DNA of 43,559 bases, taken from contig JAAYLF010000063.1 in the NCBI GenBank assembly GCA_012522035.1, positions 1-43,559 of the forward strand, given 5' to 3'. The DNA comes from Clostridiaceae bacterium. Its GTDB lineage: Bacteria > Bacillota > Clostridia > UBA1212 > DUPL01. Both the position numbers and the translations under genes were made by a program. Below the pieces are notes generated by a model. It saw only the letters and a program-made list of their open reading frames with translations. It was not told the DNA's origin and ran no database searches. This document shows positions 25,061 through 33,718 of this stretch, in pieces. Position 1 is the first letter of the stretch. Each line of letters starts with the position of its first letter.

Positions 25061-25936
25061 TTAGTCAAGCTCTTCTTCTAATTCCTGTAAATCAAGGTTG
25101 AAATCGTCCACATCGCAAACATCAGCATCCCTTATAACCTTGATCTCAGAAACCGAATATGTAGTAAGTTCGGTTTCGTTTTCCTTGTCCAGCCTTACCT
25201 GTACAGTCTCCTTCAGCAGATTGGAAGAAACAACAACTCCATTACCATCAGGAGTCTCCACCACTGCCCCTACTCCGGGCATTACTGACAAGGCTTTTTC
25301 GTAAGCATCCTGTTCATAATTCAAACAGCACATGAGTCTGCCGCAGGTGCCCGATATTTTGTTCGGGCTCAAGGATAGACCCTGCTCCTTTGCCATTCTG
25401 ATGGACACAGGCTGAAACTCATCCAGGCAGGATGCACAGCACAAAACTCTTCCACACACACCAAGACCACCAATGGTCTTTGCCTCGTCTCTTACTCCAA
25501 CCTGTCTGAGCTCAATTCGCGTTTTAAATATTGATGCAAGATCCTTTACAAGCTCTCTGAAATCTATTCTACCATCCGCTGTGAAATAAAAGAGAAGCTT
25601 GTTGTTGTCAAAGGTATACTCACAGTCAATAAGTTTCATTGCAAGCCCATGCTCGCGAATCTTGTCCAGACAAATGCTGTATGCCCTTTTTGCTTTCTCT
25701 ATATTCCTAAGATGTGTTTCATGGTCTTCATCCGTTGCGACCCGCACCACGTCCTTGAGCGGAGGAACAATTTCCTCTTCGTCCACCATTCTGTTTGGTA
25801 TGACCACTTCCCCGTACTCAAGTTCCCTGGAAGTTTCAACAATTACATATGTCCCTCTGTCAAACTTCTGACCTTTGGGATTGAAATAATATATTTTACC
25901 ATTCGGTCTGAATCTTACTCCTACTACTTCAATCAT
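25061..25936 (-). CDS. ricT: PSP1-domain protein, stage 0 sporulation / RicT (YaaT)-like
   Basis: Starts MIEVVGVRFRPNGKIYYF (ATG 25936, ATGATTGA overlap with the holB stop). Cys-rich CGRVLCCASC...CGRLMCCL is typical of YaaT. Confidence 0.85.
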   Translation of the reverse strand: MIEVVGVRFRPNGKIYYFNPKGQKFDRGTYVIVETSRELEYGEVVIPNRMVDEEEIVPPLKDVVRVATDEDHETHLRNIEKAKRAYSICLDKIREHGLAMKLIDCEYTFDNNKLLFYFTADGRIDFRELVKDLASIFKTRIELRQVGVRDEAKTIGGLGVCGRVLCCASCLDEFQPVSIRMAKEQGLSLSPNKISGTCGRLMCCLNYEQDAYEKALSVMPGVGAVVETPDGNGVVVSSNLLKETVQVRLDKENETELTTYSVSEIKVIRDADVCDVDDFNLDLQELEEELD

Positions 25937-26921
25937 TAATGACCTCCTGTAGTTTAACCAGCATAAGTTCGCAAGACAGCTTGAAGTTGACATTCTTTCC
26001 TATGCGTTTCCACGTGGAATCAACAACTTCAATGCACTCCTTGGCTTTATGAAAGCCCAATTTGCGTGCAAGGCTGTAAAGCTCCTTATCGTAACCTGCA
26101 TTTTGTATTTTCACATTCCGTGCATATCTGGACATAATCATTATGTCCCTGTATATAGACATAAAGGTATAAAATACAAAATCCCTCTTATCCTGATACC
26201 CCTCTATTACCTTCATCGCTTTCTTTCTGTCAGCGACACCGCCATTTGTAACCTGAACAACAATATTGATAATATCCTTTCTCACTTCTTCAACATCGGA
26301 ATCAACAAGTGACAAAGCACGGCCAGGAATTCCGTCCGCATATGAATATATCATGTCGCTAGGCTCCACACCTTTTCTCCTAAGTATTTCTCCTATCTCT
26401 TCGTCAGTATTCCTGGAAAAATCCATTCTACTTAATCTGGATTTTACCGTCTCCAGCAAAAGAGACACATTCTGACAAACAAGCACAAGCACTACATATT
26501 CCGGCGGTTCCTCCAATGTTTTCAAAAGAGCATTCTGCGCCTGTACAGTCATTTTCTCCGCATTATTTATCACATAAAAACTCCTCCTCCCATAAAGAGG
26601 AGCTCTGGTCATCGATTCCTGTATTTCTCGTATTGCATCTATTCCAATAGCATTTTTACCCTCAGGCTCGGATATAATCTTGTAGTCAGGATTGGTATCG
26701 CTTCTATGCAGCTTACAGCTTGTGCAAACGCTGCACACTTCGCCTCTTTTTGTCGTATCTCCCATGCACATTACCAGCTGGGCAAACCTTTTGGCAATGC
26801 TTTTACGACCAATCCCTTCAGGACCTACAAACAGATAGGCATGTCCTACTCTGCCCGACTCAACAATGTCGAGCAAGGTTCTTTTCACTTTATCCTGTCC
26901 TGCTATATCTTCAAAAACCAT
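25929..26921 (-). CDS. holB: DNA polymerase III delta-prime subunit
   Basis: 330 aa. HAYLFVGPEGIGRKS (degenerate P-loop), Cys cluster CSVCTSCKL, and LKTLEEPP, the clamp-loader signature. Confidence 0.88.
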   Translation of the reverse strand: MVFEDIAGQDKVKRTLLDIVESGRVGHAYLFVGPEGIGRKSIAKRFAQLVMCMGDTTKRGEVCSVCTSCKLHRSDTNPDYKIISEPEGKNAIGIDAIREIQESMTRAPLYGRRSFYVINNAEKMTVQAQNALLKTLEEPPEYVVLVLVCQNVSLLLETVKSRLSRMDFSRNTDEEIGEILRRKGVEPSDMIYSYADGIPGRALSLVDSDVEEVRKDIINIVVQVTNGGVADRKKAMKVIEGYQDKRDFVFYTFMSIYRDIMIMSRYARNVKIQNAGYDKELYSLARKLGFHKAKECIEVVDSTWKRIGKNVNFKLSCELMLVKLQEVIND

Positions 26922-26946
26922 GATATGTCTTTAAATAATGCCTCCA

Positions 26947-27282
26947 TTAATACTTCTGAAATCTTTCAACATCAAGTACAAATACTGTTGCTCCACCTAC
27001 AGTTACCTCAACCGGGTACGACATGTATACCCCTCCTCCAATGGCGGAACTGTTGGTGACGGAAGAATCTATAATCTGTTTTCGGCTTCTTGATTTTGAC
27101 TCTATTATCTGCAGTACCTGATCCACACGGGTTTCGTCAATACCCACAAGCAGCGTGGTATTGCCTGACTTCAGGAACCCGCCAGATGAACACATTTTGG
27201 TTACCATAAAACCATTTTTATTCAGTTCATCCATAACTCTTGGTGCATCATCATCGTGCACAATCGCCAATACCAGTTTCAT
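26947..27282 (-). CDS. darA: PII-like cyclic-di-AMP receptor (YaaQ/DarA)
   Basis: MKLVLAIVHDDDAPRVMDELNKNGFMVTKMCSSGGFLKSGNTTLLVG matches the YaaQ family. The second ATG (27282) has proper GGAGG spacing. Confidence 0.8.
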   Translation of the reverse strand: MKLVLAIVHDDDAPRVMDELNKNGFMVTKMCSSGGFLKSGNTTLLVGIDETRVDQVLQIIESKSRSRKQIIDSSVTNSSAIGGGVYMSYPVEVTVGGATVFVLDVERFQKY

Positions 27283-27305
27283 AACCATGCCCTCCTAACA
27301 TTGGA

Positions 27306-28712
27306 TTAGCTATATTTTATCACATTTATCCTTTCAATACAATAACGCCGGCATATATCGGCATGTATATGGGTTATACTGTCTCCAGGATATATAACCG
27401 GTATTCCAGGAGGGTATGGTATTACAAACTGACTGCTTGTCCTGCCTACAGCCTTCCCTACATCAACAGTCTCAAACTCATAATTCGTGTACGTGTCAAA
27501 GTCGGGAAGATTTATTTTTCTAATATCGTCCTTGTACACCTTTATACCCTTCTCTTCAGCCTCCACCTCTGCCAGATCGCCATAGACTGACACAAGATTG
27601 TCAAACAGATGGTCAAGGACTGCCTTGTCATCCGCGCATGTCACTATAAATACAACGCAGTTTTCATTATACATCTCGCAGTAAATTCCCCTGTCGGCAA
27701 GCGTTTTTGCAAGATGAACGCCCTTTCCTTTTACACACAGAACCAGCCTGGTAATGTCCTTTTCAAAGCCGCAGCCATCAAAGATCCTGTATGCCTCATA
27801 TTTGCCAAGACGATAAGCAAAATCCTTGAGAATATCGGAAAGCTTGTCAAGCTTCTCTCTGCCTGTGTTTTTCATATACTCTCTTGTAAAGTCAAGAGTA
27901 GCCAGTATCAAAAAGGAAGGACTGGTTGTTTCAATAACCTTTAATGCCTTGAAAACCTTATCCTTGTATTTGCTGTCTGCAATATGCAAAAAAGCCCCCT
28001 GATTCAATGACTGTAAAGTTTTGTGTGCACTCTGGACACACATGTCGCACCCCAGACTCAATGCACTTTCAGGGACTTTGCTGGAAAAACCAAAATGGCC
28101 GCCGTGGGCTTCATCCACAAGCACCACACCTTTATTCTCATGTACAATTTCAGAGATGGACAAAAGATCTGCACAAACTCCGTAATAGTTGGGTCTTGTC
28201 ATAACAATACCCTTTGAATCAGGAAACATTTCATACGCTTTTCTTACGTCCTGCGGTGTAATTGCCAGCGGGATCAATGTTTCCTCATCCACTTTAACAG
28301 GTAGGACCACCACATTGCAGCCAATTACCATTAAAGCGTTGAATACGGACATATGGCAGTCGGAAGATACAAAAACCGTATCTCCTTTGCTGAAAGAGGA
28401 ATAAATCATGGCATGGACGCCGCAGGTGGAACCGTTCACCAATAAAAAGGAAGACGCAGCACCGTATACGGAAGCTGTAAGTTCCATCGCTTTTAAAATT
28501 GCACCTTTCGGATCGTGCAGACTGTCCACACCTATTGTTTCAGTTAAGTCATGTCTTGCAACTTCCGCAAGCTTGCTGAAAAAAGATGCATATTCCTCCG
28601 TCAGAAAAGAATGCGAACAAGAAAAAAGCATGCCCGCTTTATGACCGGGCATGTGCATTGATATTTTCTCCTTTTTCGCGTGTTGAACAAGCATGTCAAC
28701 TATTGGCATCAT
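27306..28712 (-). CDS. Orn/Lys/Arg decarboxylase-family PLP enzyme (YaaO-like)
   Basis: 468 aa. N-terminal MHMPGHKAG and SAHKTL (PLP lysine) are typical of the fold-I OKR decarboxylase family. ATGA overlap with the malic enzyme stop. Confidence 0.8.
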   Translation of the reverse strand: MMPIVDMLVQHAKKEKISMHMPGHKAGMLFSCSHSFLTEEYASFFSKLAEVARHDLTETIGVDSLHDPKGAILKAMELTASVYGAASSFLLVNGSTCGVHAMIYSSFSKGDTVFVSSDCHMSVFNALMVIGCNVVVLPVKVDEETLIPLAITPQDVRKAYEMFPDSKGIVMTRPNYYGVCADLLSISEIVHENKGVVLVDEAHGGHFGFSSKVPESALSLGCDMCVQSAHKTLQSLNQGAFLHIADSKYKDKVFKALKVIETTSPSFLILATLDFTREYMKNTGREKLDKLSDILKDFAYRLGKYEAYRIFDGCGFEKDITRLVLCVKGKGVHLAKTLADRGIYCEMYNENCVVFIVTCADDKAVLDHLFDNLVSVYGDLAEVEAEEKGIKVYKDDIRKINLPDFDTYTNYEFETVDVGKAVGRTSSQFVIPYPPGIPVIYPGDSITHIHADICRRYCIERINVIKYS

Positions 28713-29869
28713 ATTCTTGCTACACCTGTATCTCTTGCAGCTTGTGCCACCGCTTCCGCAACAACCTTTGCCACATCCTTGTTGAAAGGATCGGGCATCA
28801 CGTAATCGGGATTAAGCTCATTTTCAGGAATCAAATCCGCCAAAGCCTTTGCTGCTGCAATCTTCATTTCATCATTTATATCGCTTGCCCTTACATCAAG
28901 CGCACCTCTGAAAATGCCTGGGAATGCAAGGACATTGTTAATCTGGTTTGGAAAATCGCTTCTGCCGGTGCCAACCACACGAGCGCCTGCCTTCTTTGCA
29001 TCATCTGGCAAAATCTCAGGAATTGGATTTGCCAAGGCAAAGATTACAGGATCCTGTGCCATGGACTGAACCATCTCAGGAGTAACCATGTTCGGACCAG
29101 ACACCCCGATAAATACATCCGCACCCTTGATTACATCCGCAAGAGTTCCTTTTTTCATTTGTGTATTTGTGATTTCCGCCATAAGGGCCTTTTCACTGTT
29201 CAAGTCTTCCCTGCCCTTGTAGATAGCACCCTTTCTGTCACACAGAACTACATTCTTAAGTCCCATGGACATGAGCAGCTTTGTTATGGCTATTCCTGCA
29301 GCTCCACTGCCATTTACAACCACTTCCATATCCTCCAGCTTCTTGTTGACGATCTTAAGACCATTCAACATGGCAGCAAGAACAACAACAGCTGTTCCAT
29401 GCTGGTCGTCATGGAATATGGGGATGTCACATACTTCCTTCAATCTTCTCTCTATTTCAAAGCATCTTGGTGCAGATATGTCTTCCAGATTCACGCCACC
29501 AAAACTGCCTGCCAAAAGACTGATGGTCTTGACAATTTCATCCACGTCCTTTGAGCGAATACATAGAGGTATTGCATCCACTCCACCAAATTCCTTGAAA
29601 AGAACACATTTTCCTTCCATAACAGGCATTCCTGCTTCGGGACCAATGTCACCAAGACCGAGTACGGCAGTACCGTCCGTTACAACACATACAGTATTCC
29701 ATCTTCTTGTGTAGATATAGGATTTGTCCACATCCTTGCTTATCTCCTTGCAGGGCTCTGCAACCCCTGGTGTGTAGGCTACAGCAAGCTCGGCTCTGTT
29801 GCTTACCTGCGCTCTTACCTTTACCTCGATTTTACCCTGCCATTCCTCATGTTTTTTTAATGCATCCAT
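28709..29869 (-). CDS. NAD(P)-dependent malic enzyme (short form)
   Basis: 386 aa. AYTPGVA, VVTDGTAVLGLGDIG, FHDDQHGTA and VVNGSGAAG (Rossmann) are characteristic malic-enzyme motifs. Confidence 0.9.
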   Translation of the reverse strand: MDALKKHEEWQGKIEVKVRAQVSNRAELAVAYTPGVAEPCKEISKDVDKSYIYTRRWNTVCVVTDGTAVLGLGDIGPEAGMPVMEGKCVLFKEFGGVDAIPLCIRSKDVDEIVKTISLLAGSFGGVNLEDISAPRCFEIERRLKEVCDIPIFHDDQHGTAVVVLAAMLNGLKIVNKKLEDMEVVVNGSGAAGIAITKLLMSMGLKNVVLCDRKGAIYKGREDLNSEKALMAEITNTQMKKGTLADVIKGADVFIGVSGPNMVTPEMVQSMAQDPVIFALANPIPEILPDDAKKAGARVVGTGRSDFPNQINNVLAFPGIFRGALDVRASDINDEMKIAAAKALADLIPENELNPDYVMPDPFNKDVAKVVAEAVAQAARDTGVARI

Positions 29870-29886
29870 AAATACCCTCCGATAAA

Positions 29887-30177
29887 TTATAATCCAAGCT
29901 TTAAAGCCATTATTTCTTTAATTTCCAAATCTATTTCCTTTTCTATTCTCGCTATGTCTTTTGCAATATCTTCAATGGTTTCCTCAACCTTAATCTTTTT
30001 GAAATCTTTTGTATTGGTCCTGGCTTGCTTGCCGGCCTTTGCAAAACTTTCATTTCTCCTAACCCCAGAGGCATTCTTTTTGTTTTCGTTCATGCCCTGC
30101 TCGGTATCCTTATCCATTCTTTTTCCATTATTAGGATTCCTTCGGTTTTTGTTACCCCTGTTAATATTCTCCGACAT
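29887..30177 (-). CDS. Small basic hypothetical protein (Asn/Lys/Arg-rich N-terminus, C-terminal amphipathic helix)
   Basis: 96 aa, ATG with GGAGG upstream. It overlaps the upstream gene by 17 nt and ends 18 nt before the malic enzyme start. No family recognised. Confidence 0.5.
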   Translation of the reverse strand: MSENINRGNKNRRNPNNGKRMDKDTEQGMNENKKNASGVRRNESFAKAGKQARTNTKDFKKIKVEETIEDIAKDIARIEKEIDLEIKEIMALKLGL

Positions 30178-30769
30178 CCATCTGCCTCCATTTCCTTATG
30201 GTAATTATTTCATTGTCTTCCTTGTTGATATATACATTAAATCCAGCACTTTCTTCTTTAATGTATTTTCCCTCGTCCACCAGTATGTCATAATATCTTT
30301 CCAGTGCCAAATCATCAAAAAACGGAAACTCTTCCCTTGCTTTATACACTACCCTGTTCATGTACAAATTCTCAGAACCATCGTACAAAAGAGGTTCGTC
30401 CCGCCTCCTGTCAAAATCCTCAATCTGATGTGGCAGCAAGGTGCATTGTATCAGGCATTCGGGTTTTCTGTAAGTACCTAGCCTGTACTCACGGATGGGA
30501 ACAAGACTTGATTCATAAAGAGCCATATTCTCCTCATCATACAGCGCTCCTTCCGCTATGTAGTAAGTATCCTCCGGCGCTTTGATTTTCACAGCCTTGT
30601 AGGTATCGTCATAAAACTTTGAGCAGTCGGCAGGATGCAGATACGCAAGAAGAAATCTTTTTTGAAATCCGTTTACCGTAATCTCCCTTTCGAAATACTG
30701 GTTCAGTTTTATGCCGCAATCCATTATTTCATCAGCGCTGTCGATTTTTGTAAAATAGAATACCTTCAA
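30161..30769 (-). CDS. Hypothetical cytoplasmic protein
   Basis: The track ORF runs 30161-30787. The in-frame TTG at 30769 has the better SD (GGAGGAG 8 nt upstream). No TM segment or recognisable motif. Confidence 0.5.
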   Translation of the reverse strand: MKVFYFTKIDSADEIMDCGIKLNQYFEREITVNGFQKRFLLAYLHPADCSKFYDDTYKAVKIKAPEDTYYIAEGALYDEENMALYESSLVPIREYRLGTYRKPECLIQCTLLPHQIEDFDRRRDEPLLYDGSENLYMNRVVYKAREEFPFFDDLALERYYDILVDEGKYIKEESAGFNVYINKEDNEIITIRKWRQMDVGEY

Positions 30770-30804
30770 TGTATGAACTCCTCCCATGCCGATCTCAATT
30801 AGAG

Positions 30805-30833
30805 ATTATAGCAAAAACAAGGAGTTATTGCAA
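30805..30833 (-). promoter_or_regulatory. Strong sigma-A-type promoter (TTGCAA-17-TGC-TATAAT)
   Basis: Minus strand TTGCAA 30833-30828, 17-nt spacer ending in TGC (extended -10), perfect TATAAT 30810-30805. It sits between the last Tad-like gene and the 30769 gene. Confidence 0.5.
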
Positions 30834-30841
30834 ATAAAACG

Positions 30842-31333
30842 TTAAATATAAAGACTGAAACCCGAAACGCTAAAAAAACTTTCGTGCTCTGATACAAGGA
30901 ATACGTAAATGCCCTCCCCCAGCTCGTTAAAAAAAGAATCCTCCACCCCATTATATGCAAATTCTATCCTCGCTGCCTTATCAATCATCAAATTCAACAC
31001 CCGGTTTACACAAGAAGCCTTTTCCTCATCTTCGATATTAACATTTATCATTTTGCTTTCCGACATGCCAACTACAACATCTTCGTACACAAAAATCATA
31101 ACCTTGAGGTTTTGAGAATTAGGAAAATTCTTAACATTTTCAAAGCATTTTTCCCTATCAATTACCAATTTTCCATCATCCATGGACATGCAGTTTACTA
31201 TCTCTTTACCTAACAGATTCAAATTTCTTTTTTCTTCCCGCTTTAAGAATCCTTCATGCATTGTATCAACGCCCGTTAATACAAGCACCAAAAACATCCA
31301 TATTGCAACAACCCATGCAGCCAGCTGATGCAT
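30842..31333 (-). CDS. Small N-terminally anchored protein, last gene of the Tad-like operon
   Basis: 163 aa. MHQLAAWVVAIWMFLVLVLTGV is a single N-terminal TM followed by a soluble domain. SD GGTGG. Confidence 0.55.
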   Translation of the reverse strand: MHQLAAWVVAIWMFLVLVLTGVDTMHEGFLKREEKRNLNLLGKEIVNCMSMDDGKLVIDREKCFENVKNFPNSQNLKVMIFVYEDVVVGMSESKMINVNIEDEEKASCVNRVLNLMIDKAARIEFAYNGVEDSFFNELGEGIYVFLVSEHESFFSVSGFSLYI

Positions 31334-31341
31334 ACAACCAC

Positions 31342-31752
31342 CTACACAATAATCGAAACCTTCACACCTGCAGTCCTTAATACCACGCCGGTGATCTTTT
31401 CAAAAATGGAAGGCTCCAGGCTGTACGCCACAATCGTAAGCCTGTCGCCTGTTGCAAGCTCCCTGTTCAATATGTCTTCGAGTTTGTAATATGTATCTGT
31501 CCGACCGGCCATGACGTTGACTTCCAGCTTCAGTTCAACACAAAAATCTCCCATTTTCGACAGCTCTTCGTTCAGATACGTCCAAACCTCGTCCGACATT
31601 ACACCTTTGGTGCTGACTGTTTCAGCCACGTCAAACAAAAGGTCGTTGGTCCTTTCATTGACACCCGCATATATGCAAAATGATACGCCCGACAATATCA
31701 AATACACAAATACGAATATCGATAGAAAGTTTGCAATAACCTTGCCGGCCAT
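31342..31752 (-). CDS. Small N-terminally anchored protein (possible minor pilin / TadE-like role)
   Basis: 136 aa. MAGKVIANFLSIFVFVYLILSGVSF is the N-terminal TM. SD GGAGG 7 nt upstream. Confidence 0.55.
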   Translation of the reverse strand: MAGKVIANFLSIFVFVYLILSGVSFCIYAGVNERTNDLLFDVAETVSTKGVMSDEVWTYLNEELSKMGDFCVELKLEVNVMAGRTDTYYKLEDILNRELATGDRLTIVAYSLEPSIFEKITGVVLRTAGVKVSIIV

Positions 31753-31777
31753 CCAGACACCTCCCTAAGACAGTTTC

Positions 31778-32140
31778 CTACGCTATTGCCTGTGATTCAA
31801 TCACAAACAATATTTCTTTCAATGAACCATCTTCCTTGTAGGTCTTGGTCATCCTGTACAGAGCGGTATCACTGACCTTTTCAATGTCAGCCATGGTTGC
31901 TTCCTGCTCTCTGTCGTCAATATATACCTTTATTCCAAGCAATGCCGCATTTTGAATATAATACTTTACCGTATTCTTTGACACCAGAGAACTGTCATTA
32001 ATCATCATGTTTAACCTTGTCTGATCCGCGCTGACAATGTCTGCGGTATCTCTAAAACCGCTCATCTGTCCAATAACAGCGTAACTTATCAAACCTAGAG
32101 TAAGAACAATAATAACTATGGAAGCAATAGCTTTCTCCAT
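31778..32140 (-). CDS. Pilin-like small protein, MEK-type N-terminus (paralogue of 32154-32564)
   Basis: ATG 32140 (SD AAGGGG) gives MEKAIASIVIIVLTLGLISYAVIGQ followed by a ~95-aa soluble domain. Confidence 0.6.
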   Translation of the reverse strand: MEKAIASIVIIVLTLGLISYAVIGQMSGFRDTADIVSADQTRLNMMINDSSLVSKNTVKYYIQNAALLGIKVYIDDREQEATMADIEKVSDTALYRMTKTYKEDGSLKEILFVIESQAIA

Positions 32141-32153
32141 CAATAATCCCCTT

Positions 32154-32564
32154 TCATTTTGATAGATCAATCATGGTTACCTCGACACGCACCACTTTCC
32201 CGTCGTGTCCGGTTTGCTTGTTCAACTTGAACATTGCTCTTGAGGACAGCGACTCAATATCTTTTGCTATCAAGCGCTTTGCCTCTTTGTTTATCGCCGA
32301 ATCCTTGTTGGGTAATGCGAAATAATTTGCCATGTTTGATGCGTATACAAACTCATACCCCAGTTTGTCCATGTTGTTGAAGTATCGTAGAACTTCTTCT
32401 TTTCCGATTATGCTTCCATCCTTTACTCTCATGTTTAGTGCGGATGCGTCACTGCCAATGTTGTCTGAAATGTCCTTGTACTGACTGTCAACCTGGAACA
32501 AGGCATATCCAATCAGGCCAACAGTAATTACCAGAATAACACATAATGCAATTACCTTTTCCAA
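32154..32564 (-). CDS. Pilin-like small protein, MEK-type N-terminus (candidate major subunit)
   Basis: TTG 32564 with SD GGAGGG gives (M)EKVIALCVILVITVGLIGYALFQ. It is preceded by the only sizeable (106-nt) gap in the operon. Confidence 0.6.
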   Translation of the reverse strand: MEKVIALCVILVITVGLIGYALFQVDSQYKDISDNIGSDASALNMRVKDGSIIGKEEVLRYFNNMDKLGYEFVYASNMANYFALPNKDSAINKEAKRLIAKDIESLSSRAMFKLNKQTGHDGKVVRVEVTMIDLSK

Positions 32565-32670
32565 CTAGTACATCCCTCCATAATGTTTTTATCAGGTTTG
32601 GAACATACTTGCCAAGGTCAAAGCTCCCCCCAATAGCTTTGCCTTATGGCAAGCATCTCCATAAACCTTT

Positions 32671-33063
32671 TCATTCCACGGATGTAAACACAATTTCGAC
32701 AATACCAGCACTCTCAGAGCGCGTTATTCTGACTTCAAACACACTCTGCGGGTCTATTGAATAAGAGTCCGGATCGTATGCCTCCCCCTCATAAACACAG
32801 GATCCGTTTACCCTATCCCAAACCCTGATAACAGCACCTCCTTTTAATTCATAATACCGGATTGTCGATATTACATCCGCGCCCAGACATCTTGAGCCAT
32901 CCCGTAGATTGGGCAGCATCACCTCCTTTATCTTTTCACTGTAGTCGGCCTTTTCAGCCATGGTATTTAGAAGGTCGCTGTTCTGCCTGTATAAAGGTAT
33001 GATGAATATCAACAAAGACAAAACCAGCGCACCTATTACCACCTCTGCCACAACCTTGTCCAT
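32671..33063 (-). CDS. Pilin-like small protein, MDK-type N-terminus
   Basis: ATG 33063, 4 nt after the upstream stop, gives MDKVVAEVVIGALVLSLLIFIIPLY followed by a soluble domain. The track start 33129 would overlap the upstream gene by 62 nt. Confidence 0.55.
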   Translation of the reverse strand: MDKVVAEVVIGALVLSLLIFIIPLYRQNSDLLNTMAEKADYSEKIKEVMLPNLRDGSRCLGADVISTIRYYELKGGAVIRVWDRVNGSCVYEGEAYDPDSYSIDPQSVFEVRITRSESAGIVEIVFTSVE

Positions 33064-33067
33064 GAAA

Positions 33068-33715
33068 TCACCATCCCAAACCACTGAATTCAAGCATTTT
33101 GATCCAGGGTGCCAACAGATATACAACAAGCACCGTTAAGGCAACAAACAATCCCAAAACTCCTACCACATTGATTAGCTCCACTTTTTTCTTAACTTTC
33201 CTTATGCTTTCCCTTTTCTCCCTTGCAAAATCATCCTTAATGGTTTTAACTGACAAATCAAAATCATAGTAGCATGCCATGTCAAGTTTTTCGTAAAAAA
33301 GCTTTACTTCCAAATCCTTTGCACCAGCTTTGAGTTCCTGGTAGAACATTTCAGTGTCAGTACTGCTTTTCTGGTGAGCTTCATATATCGCCACAAGATC
33401 CTTTTTAAAATGCTCCGACCTTGCTATCAGGGATTTCATGAGTTTTCCAAAGTCCACTGGTTTTACACTTCCGCATATAACAAACAGCTTTTTGAGAAAG
33501 TACAGTTCTTTTGAAAGTTTCGTCTTTAGGTAAACTTTTTTTAAATGCCTGTAGACCTCGGGTAAAAAGTAGCAAACGCAGCTTGCAATAATGATTCTGT
33601 ATATGTAAAGCAATTTATTAATTCTGCCATCCAACATCAAATCAGTAAAAAACATGGATAAACCAAATATGAGACATATTCCCATACAAACAACATTCAC
33701 TTTTATACGTTTCAT
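33068..33715 (-). CDS. TadC-like (T2SS-F-domain-like) inner-membrane platform protein
   Basis: 215 aa. N-terminal TM helices, a central cytoplasmic helical region and a C-terminal TM pair. This is the TadB/C topology, and the gene sits after the TadB-like gene. Confidence 0.55.
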   Translation of the reverse strand: MKRIKVNVVCMGICLIFGLSMFFTDLMLDGRINKLLYIYRIIIASCVCYFLPEVYRHLKKVYLKTKLSKELYFLKKLFVICGSVKPVDFGKLMKSLIARSEHFKKDLVAIYEAHQKSSTDTEMFYQELKAGAKDLEVKLFYEKLDMACYYDFDLSVKTIKDDFAREKRESIRKVKKKVELINVVGVLGLFVALTVLVVYLLAPWIKMLEFSGLGW

Positions 33716-33718
33716 ACT

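Noticed and set aside
28586-29554. A 322-aa plus-strand ORF, the longest unexplained ORF in the track
   Set aside because: It lies entirely antisense to the well-supported malic enzyme and YaaO-like genes. Its product is Cys/His/Ile-rich junk-like sequence with no SD or motifs. This is typical of an antisense shadow ORF.
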